In this document: positions 59,518-64,000 of the stretch, piece by piece
Numbering within the stretch: the first letter of the stretch is position 1
Layout of the letters: each line of letters starts with the position of its first letter
Source: an uncultured Gammaproteobacteria bacterium
Lineage (GTDB): Bacteria > Patescibacteriota > Microgenomatia > Levybacterales > GWA1-39-11
NCBI GenBank assembly: GCA_964651815.1
Contig: CAZYWG010000001.1
Coordinates: 129,189-193,188, forward strand
Direction of reading: 5' to 3'
DNA length: 64,000 nucleotides
Position numbers and translations under genes: made by a program
The notes under the pieces: generated by a model
What the model saw: only the letters and a program-made list of their open reading frames with translations
The model's database searches: none
Told to the model about the DNA's origin: nothing

Positions 59518-60699
59518 CGCTTTACTTTGGTAAAAAATACTTAGCATCACAGATAAAAGAAAGCTGATGATACCAAAAGTTGAAAACAATCTAATAAGAT
59601 TCCTAAAAGGCGCATAAATTATAAAACCAAATGGGTCAATAATTGCAATAAATCCTACAATAAAAATTACATACCACCAAAATGGTATATAGAAATTCTT
59701 TTCCAAATTCTTAACCATTATCAATAACGGGAGTAGCAATATCGCTATGTTCCAATCAAAAGTTACGGGAAAAGCAAGTAGCGCAGTTGTTAACATTACT
59801 CCTTCTATTAACAAATCATCTTTTAAAAACCGTCTGTAACGATATATAAAAATCAAAACTATAATAACAACAATTAATGACATTGTGTATCCCAATATAT
59901 ATGTAATATTACTTGGGAGTTGTAATAAAAGAGGATTGATTTTCAGGGGGATTCCATGAGCCTCAAAAGTGGAGCCAACAAAAAGTTTTGCAAATAAACC
60001 ACTTAAAGAAGTATTACTGATATTTGAAATCCAAGCATTTTCATATATCCTCACAGGGCCGAGGTATGTTTTGTAGGTTTTTGGTCCGAACAAAACGAGC
60101 GTTGTCACAACGCCAACAATGCAAGTAAAGATTGCTGAAATAAAAATTTTTTTCTTTCCTAAAATATAAATTCCAATTATTAAAACCGCGGGCCAAATTT
60201 TTATTAGGGCTGCAACACCCAGCAACAATCCGGACAATAAATCATTATTCTTTTTTCTCGCAATCCATGATGAGACTAGTAAAAATAGGAGTATTTGATT
60301 TAAATTATGGAAAACGCTTGATGTAAAAAGTGGCGACCATAAAATACTCAGAGATAAAAAAACTGATAAATTTTTAATAGAAAACATTTTTAATGTCTGT
60401 AAAATTCCAATCCCTGCTGCAATATAAAAAGATAAAGAAATAACAGACCATATAAGACTCGCGTCTTCCAAAGAAAACATCTCAAATGGATAAAAAAATA
60501 AGACTGAAAAAGGTGGATGAGCATCATATTTTAATTTGGGACATGAAATACGTGAATATATTGATTTATGGTTTACAAAGTTTTTAACAGCGGAATAATC
60601 CTGACAAAAGTCGCCACTGATAACACTCAATTGAACGCTTATCCTGAAAAGAACAAGAAAACTTATGAGTGATAAAAAAATCCAAACAAATCGAGTCAC
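59470..60699 (-). CDS. GT87 (DUF2029) family glycosyltransferase (GT-C)
   Basis: GDF..DY, HPP, IKIWP, NTSL motifs; multi-TM. Confidence 0.78.
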   Translation of the reverse strand: MTRFVWIFLSLISFLVLFRISVQLSVISGDFCQDYSAVKNFVNHKSIYSRISCPKLKYDAHPPFSVLFFYPFEMFSLEDASLIWSVISLSFYIAAGIGILQTLKMFSIKNLSVFLSLSILWSPLFTSSVFHNLNQILLFLLVSSWIARKKNNDLLSGLLLGVAALIKIWPAVLIIGIYILGKKKIFISAIFTCIVGVVTTLVLFGPKTYKTYLGPVRIYENAWISNISNTSLSGLFAKLFVGSTFEAHGIPLKINPLLLQLPSNITYILGYTMSLIVVIIVLIFIYRYRRFLKDDLLIEGVMLTTALLAFPVTFDWNIAILLLPLLIMVKNLEKNFYIPFWWYVIFIVGFIAIIDPFGFIIYAPFRNLIRLFSTFGIISFLLSVMLSIFYQSKALPEPVPIYKKKRSKK

Positions 60700-60725
60700 A
60701 GAAGTAGTATATATTATTGCGCGTT

Positions 60726-60771
60726 TGGTGCGGACCGTCGCAGACGATGTTCGAACTTTTTGTGCACAAAA
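60726..60771 (-). other. Degenerate tRNA 3'-end-like sequence plus 14-bp palindrome (possible att remnant)
   Basis: Minus strand AGTTCGAA-catcgtctgcgacgg-TCCGCAC-CA shares both flanking blocks with the tRNA-Ser(UGA) 3' end; adjacent ttttgtgcacaaaa. Confidence 0.35.
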
Positions 60772-60846
60772 TCAATGCGTCTTCCCGTTATATTCTTAAC
60801 CTCAACCTCGGTTGACATTCATTGATAATTCATAAATACTGAATTA

Positions 60847-61842
60847 GTGGAAAACAATCAACTATCCCAAACTTCACAAGTTCCACCTGTTCAACCGGTT
60901 TTCCAAACTAAATCTCCCGGTCAATTAAAGTCTACTTTCCATATTCCTAAATTAATTATGTTTGGGATTATTTTGCTGATTCTTATTTTGATTGTCCCGG
61001 TTAGTATATATGTTTTAAAAGTATTTGAAGCAATTCCTAAAGCAAACTGGAAAACATACACAAATAATATTTATCACTATTCATTTCGATATCCTTCAGG
61101 GGACACCGTTGAAGAAACTGTACCGGATCGTTTTGGTAGCTCGGTAACAATATCAGACAGCGAAGGGATAATTAATGTTGATGTGAATCCTATTAACTTA
61201 CCTGATTTCCATAAAATTTCTGGAGATTCAGTAAATAAAAGATCATTCAACGGGATATCATGGTACATACACACAACTCAAGGTACTGACTGCTCCCATG
61301 GATGTTTAAGTAGTCTTCCTTCAACTGTAACTTATCAAACTGAAAAAGATGGCGATGCCTATACTTTCAGCTATGATTATTATGGAAATAAACCACTGCT
61401 ATATGATGCTATTTTTTCAACCTTCAAATTTACAGACCAAACAAAGACAGCAATAAGTCTGACCCAAGAACTTAATAATTTCCCCATATATCCTGCTGCT
61501 ATATATACTTCAAAATCTATCAATGGATCTTGTCTCCAGCAAACACTAGGTCCAAATGAATGCATTAAGGGATATACGGTATATAAATTCGGATTTCATG
61601 AAAATGAAGAAACAGTAATGAATTGGTATAACGGAAAGGAGTTCCCAACCGGATGGAGCTGTATGGTATTTGGTGCAAAGAATACTCACACTTATAAGAA
61701 TATATCTGAAGAATATTCTCCTTCAGGACATTTTACTCCTTACGTATATTCGTACTTGGATAGTTTATGTTCTAACAATAATTTACGCTATAAATTGAGG
61801 ATATCCTCAGATCAAACTATCTTTGTCGGAATACCTGATTGA
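60847..61842 (+). CDS. Single-TM exported protein with PsbP-like domain, hypothetical
   Basis: TM, WKTYTN..YSFRYP...IFSTFKF pattern; Cys-containing second domain. Confidence 0.65.
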   Translation: MENNQLSQTSQVPPVQPVFQTKSPGQLKSTFHIPKLIMFGIILLILILIVPVSIYVLKVFEAIPKANWKTYTNNIYHYSFRYPSGDTVEETVPDRFGSSVTISDSEGIINVDVNPINLPDFHKISGDSVNKRSFNGISWYIHTTQGTDCSHGCLSSLPSTVTYQTEKDGDAYTFSYDYYGNKPLLYDAIFSTFKFTDQTKTAISLTQELNNFPIYPAAIYTSKSINGSCLQQTLGPNECIKGYTVYKFGFHENEETVMNWYNGKEFPTGWSCMVFGAKNTHTYKNISEEYSPSGHFTPYVYSYLDSLCSNNNLRYKLRISSDQTIFVGIPD

Positions 61843-61888
61843 CCCTTCATTTCGTAAACGGGGGGAGGACCAACTTCTTTGGCCTTGC

Positions 61889-61911
61889 CAAACTAAGCCT
61901 TGGCGAAGTTG
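61889..61911 (+). repeat. Short REP-like hairpin at the tRNA 3' end
   Basis: AACT-AA-GCC-TT-GGC-GA-AGTT. Confidence 0.45.
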
Positions 61912-61913
61912 TG

Positions 61914-62000
61914 CGGAGAGGGCGAGATTCGAACTCGCGGTGACGTTGCCGCCACAAAGGTTTTCAAGACCTTCGCACTAGACCACTATGCGACCTCTCC
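61914..62000 (-). tRNA. tRNA-Ser (UGA)
   Basis: Acceptor GGAGAGG/CCTCTCC, anticodon arm aaggt-ctTGAaa-acctt, long variable arm, GTTCGAATC; CCA not encoded. Confidence 0.95.
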
Positions 62001-62042
62001 ACTGAAAAGTAGGCAAAAAATTAACTTATCTACTTTTCAGTG

Positions 62043-62128
62043 CGGAGGAGACAGGATTCGAACCTGCGAGAGCCTTACGGCTCAGGGATTTAGCAAACCC
62101 CCTCAGTGGGCCACTGTGACACTCCTCC
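62043..62128 (-). tRNA. tRNA-Ser (GCU)
   Basis: Acceptor GGAGGAG/CTCCTCC, anticodon arm ggggt-ttGCTaa-atccc, long variable arm, GTTCGAATC. Confidence 0.93.
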
Positions 62129-62293
62129 AAAATCAGGATGCGTCTTAAACGCTCCTCCAAAAATTAGTATCTAATTATATCAGGCAGAGCCGTAATTTAA
62201 AACAGAACGAAATCTTAATTTGTTATTTGTTTGTTAAGGCTTTATGAGCCTATTTTGGTTGCCGAAAAAGCTATCCTATGCTATGATTTAAGC

Positions 62294-62656
62294 ATGACAA
62301 ACGCAGTTGCTGAAACTGAAATGAGTTCTGTGAATCCGCCCGAAAGTAAGCCAGTTACTCTTTTACCAGAAGTTACTGGGAGTGGCGTAAAAGCTATTCA
62401 ACCGGATAAGCATATGAATGAAATTATAGATGCACATCCGGAAGAATCTGTAATGCCCGCCGCCCAATCTGTCCCAACACCAACAGCTTTAAGCGAAACG
62501 CTTATGGTTCCCATAACTCAAACTACTGAAGTGTTATCTCCGGATAGAAAAAGTGACGCTACACAAACTTCAAGATACGCAAAATTTGTAAATATGTTAA
62601 ATAAAATAAGATCTGGAATTAGAGCTGGAAAAGGAGGACAAAATGGGATTAGATAA
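62294..62656 (+). CDS. Hypothetical low-complexity protein
   Basis: ATG 62294 preceded by TGcTATGAT and a 6-nt gap; overlaps the start of the next gene. Confidence 0.6.
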   Translation: MTNAVAETEMSSVNPPESKPVTLLPEVTGSGVKAIQPDKHMNEIIDAHPEESVMPAAQSVPTPTALSETLMVPITQTTEVLSPDRKSDATQTSRYAKFVNMLNKIRSGIRAGKGGQNGIR

Positions 62657-64000
62657 TTTCACTCAGGTATTTATAAATGTACTTTTCGCGTTTTTACTCG
62701 CTTTTGTCCTTGCGTCAATTGTCATTGGGTGTTTAGCGGGGATTGTTCTTGCAGTGGGTTTTTGGAATAAAAGTAAAAAAAGGCACGAACGCGCACTTGA
62801 TACAACTCTTCTTGAAGTATCTCTTCCACGCGAAAATGAAATTAAGATTGACGCGGCAGAACAACTTTTCTCAAGCGTTATTTCTATCAAAGGTACAAAA
62901 GGAATATTTTCTTTTCTTAAAAACGCTGATAGCATTTCGTTTGAAATAGTCGCGCGTCCTCAAGACATTAGATTTTATGTTGGAGTACCAAATAAACTTC
63001 GTGACATGGTTGAAAAACAAATCCACGGAAGTTATCCTGACGCGCAAATTCTTCAAGTTGAGGACTACAATTTGTTTGAAACCCCGGGACACGTTGCGTA
63101 TTCGTCGCTCAAACTTAAAAAATCAAATTATTTACCCATAAAAACCTATAAGGATTTGCCTATTGATCCTCTATCGTCAATTACTAGCACGATAGCTAAA
63201 ATGACAGAGGGTGAAGGCGCTTCAATTCAGATTCTAGTGACTCCTTGTGGTGATTCCTGGAAAAAGGCAGGACGCGAATATATTACAACTACCAAAAAAC
63301 GCGAGGCAAATCCAGAGACTGCTAAGTATTCCGTTGACCAAAAAGAACTTGAATCAATTGAACAAAAAATAACAAAGCCGGGTTTTGCAGTATTTGTAAG
63401 ACTTCTGGTTGTCTCCTCAACCAAAGAATCATCGGAAGCGCATCTTACAAATATTAAAGGTTCTTTTTCACAATTTGAGTCTTCATACAACGCGTTTGAG
63501 GAAGAAAAAAACAGGTTTTTTAAAGGAATGGCAATTGTTGATTTTATTTACCGCCAACTACCCCTTATGCCAAAAGTTTTGGGAATTCTAAATACAGAAG
63601 AGCTTGCAACAATTTTTCATTTTCCAAACAAAACGGTTGAGACGCCGGGGATTCATTTTCTTGGGGCTCGCGTCGCACCTGCTCCTGCAAACATTCCAAC
63701 CAGCGGGCTTTATCTTGGGAAAAGTATTTACCGTGGACAGATTCGGGAAGTATACATGAACGATGATGACCGGAGACGCCACATGTATATAATAGGTAAG
63801 ACAGGCGTGGGAAAATCAGAATTTTTGAAGGATATGATTCTTCAAGACATTCGCAACGGCAAAGGGCTCTGCTTCATTGATCCTCATGATACAATAGACA
63901 TGATCTTGCCGCTTATCCCACCGGAACGTGCTGAAGATGTTATCCTGTTTGACCCTTCAGATACGGAACGCCCAATGGGTGTAAATTTCTTAGACGCCCA
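62643..64000 (+). CDS. Membrane-anchored VirD4/TraG/HerA-like ATPase; 3' end lies outside the window
   Basis: Manual translation: MGLDNF, TM, LLEVSLPRENE, EKQIHGSYPDA, ELATIFHFP, RRRHMYIIGKTGVGKS (Walker A), FIDPH. Confidence 0.85.
   Translation, partial: MGLDNFTQVFINVLFAFLLAFVLASIVIGCLAGIVLAVGFWNKSKKRHERALDTTLLEVSLPRENEIKIDAAEQLFSSVISIKGTKGIFSFLKNADSISFEIVARPQDIRFYVGVPNKLRDMVEKQIHGSYPDAQILQVEDYNLFETPGHVAYSSLKLKKSNYLPIKTYKDLPIDPLSSITSTIAKMTEGEGASIQILVTPCGDSWKKAGREYITTTKKREANPETAKYSVDQKELESIEQKITKPGFAVFVRLLVVSSTKESSEAHLTNIKGSFSQFESSYNAFEEEKNRFFKGMAIVDFIYRQLPLMPKVLGILNTEELATIFHFPNKTVETPGIHFLGARVAPAPANIPTSGLYLGKSIYRGQIREVYMNDDDRRRHMYIIGKTGVGKSEFLKDMILQDIRNGKGLCFIDPHDTIDMILPLIPPERAEDVILFDPSDTERPMGVNFLDA

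Noticed and set aside
62663-63782. Short ORFs listed in the track at the window end
   Set aside because: They overlap the long ATPase ORF starting at 62643, which has no stop inside the window

Overview
A gene-dense, AT-rich bacterial chromosome segment in genetic code 11. Gene content and style (short TpiA, PilN/PilO, Pro/Thr-rich cohesin/PKD surface proteins, membrane-anchored VirD4-like ATPase, FemAB, LCP, many GT-C membrane proteins) point to a Patescibacteria/CPR genome, probably Microgenomates; this is an inference. Housekeeping genes are groES/groEL, lepA, rpsT, murJ, tpiA, pcrA, tatD and two tRNA-Ser. There is a partial de novo purine cluster (purF, purN, purM, purQ, PurS-fused purL, but no purD or downstream genes in the window) interleaved with two PfkB kinases and a COG4030-like HAD protein. 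There are also a sodN/sodX nickel-SOD pair, an ATP-cone/PD-(D/E)xK nuclease and three surface-glycosylation clusters holding seven GT-C-type proteins. The best candidate for an undescribed system is the 27.8-37.8 kb operon (FAD oxidoreductase, two DUF2298/YYY proteins, methyltransferase, GT39-like protein, epimerase, HAD phosphatase). Together with the UbiA phosphoribosyltransferase at 0.3-1.2 kb, it could form a polyprenyl-phospho-pentose pathway for glycosylating surface proteins. Non-coding signals include a recurring leaderless-promoter pattern (TANNNT 6-7 nt before start codons), REP-like tandem-GA hairpins inserted in frame in purL and sodN, an orphan promoter-driven transcript at about 7.1-7.3 kb, and a degenerate tRNA 3' copy that may mark an island. 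No CRISPR, rRNA, transposase or integrase was seen. All family calls come from motif recognition by eye, not database searches.
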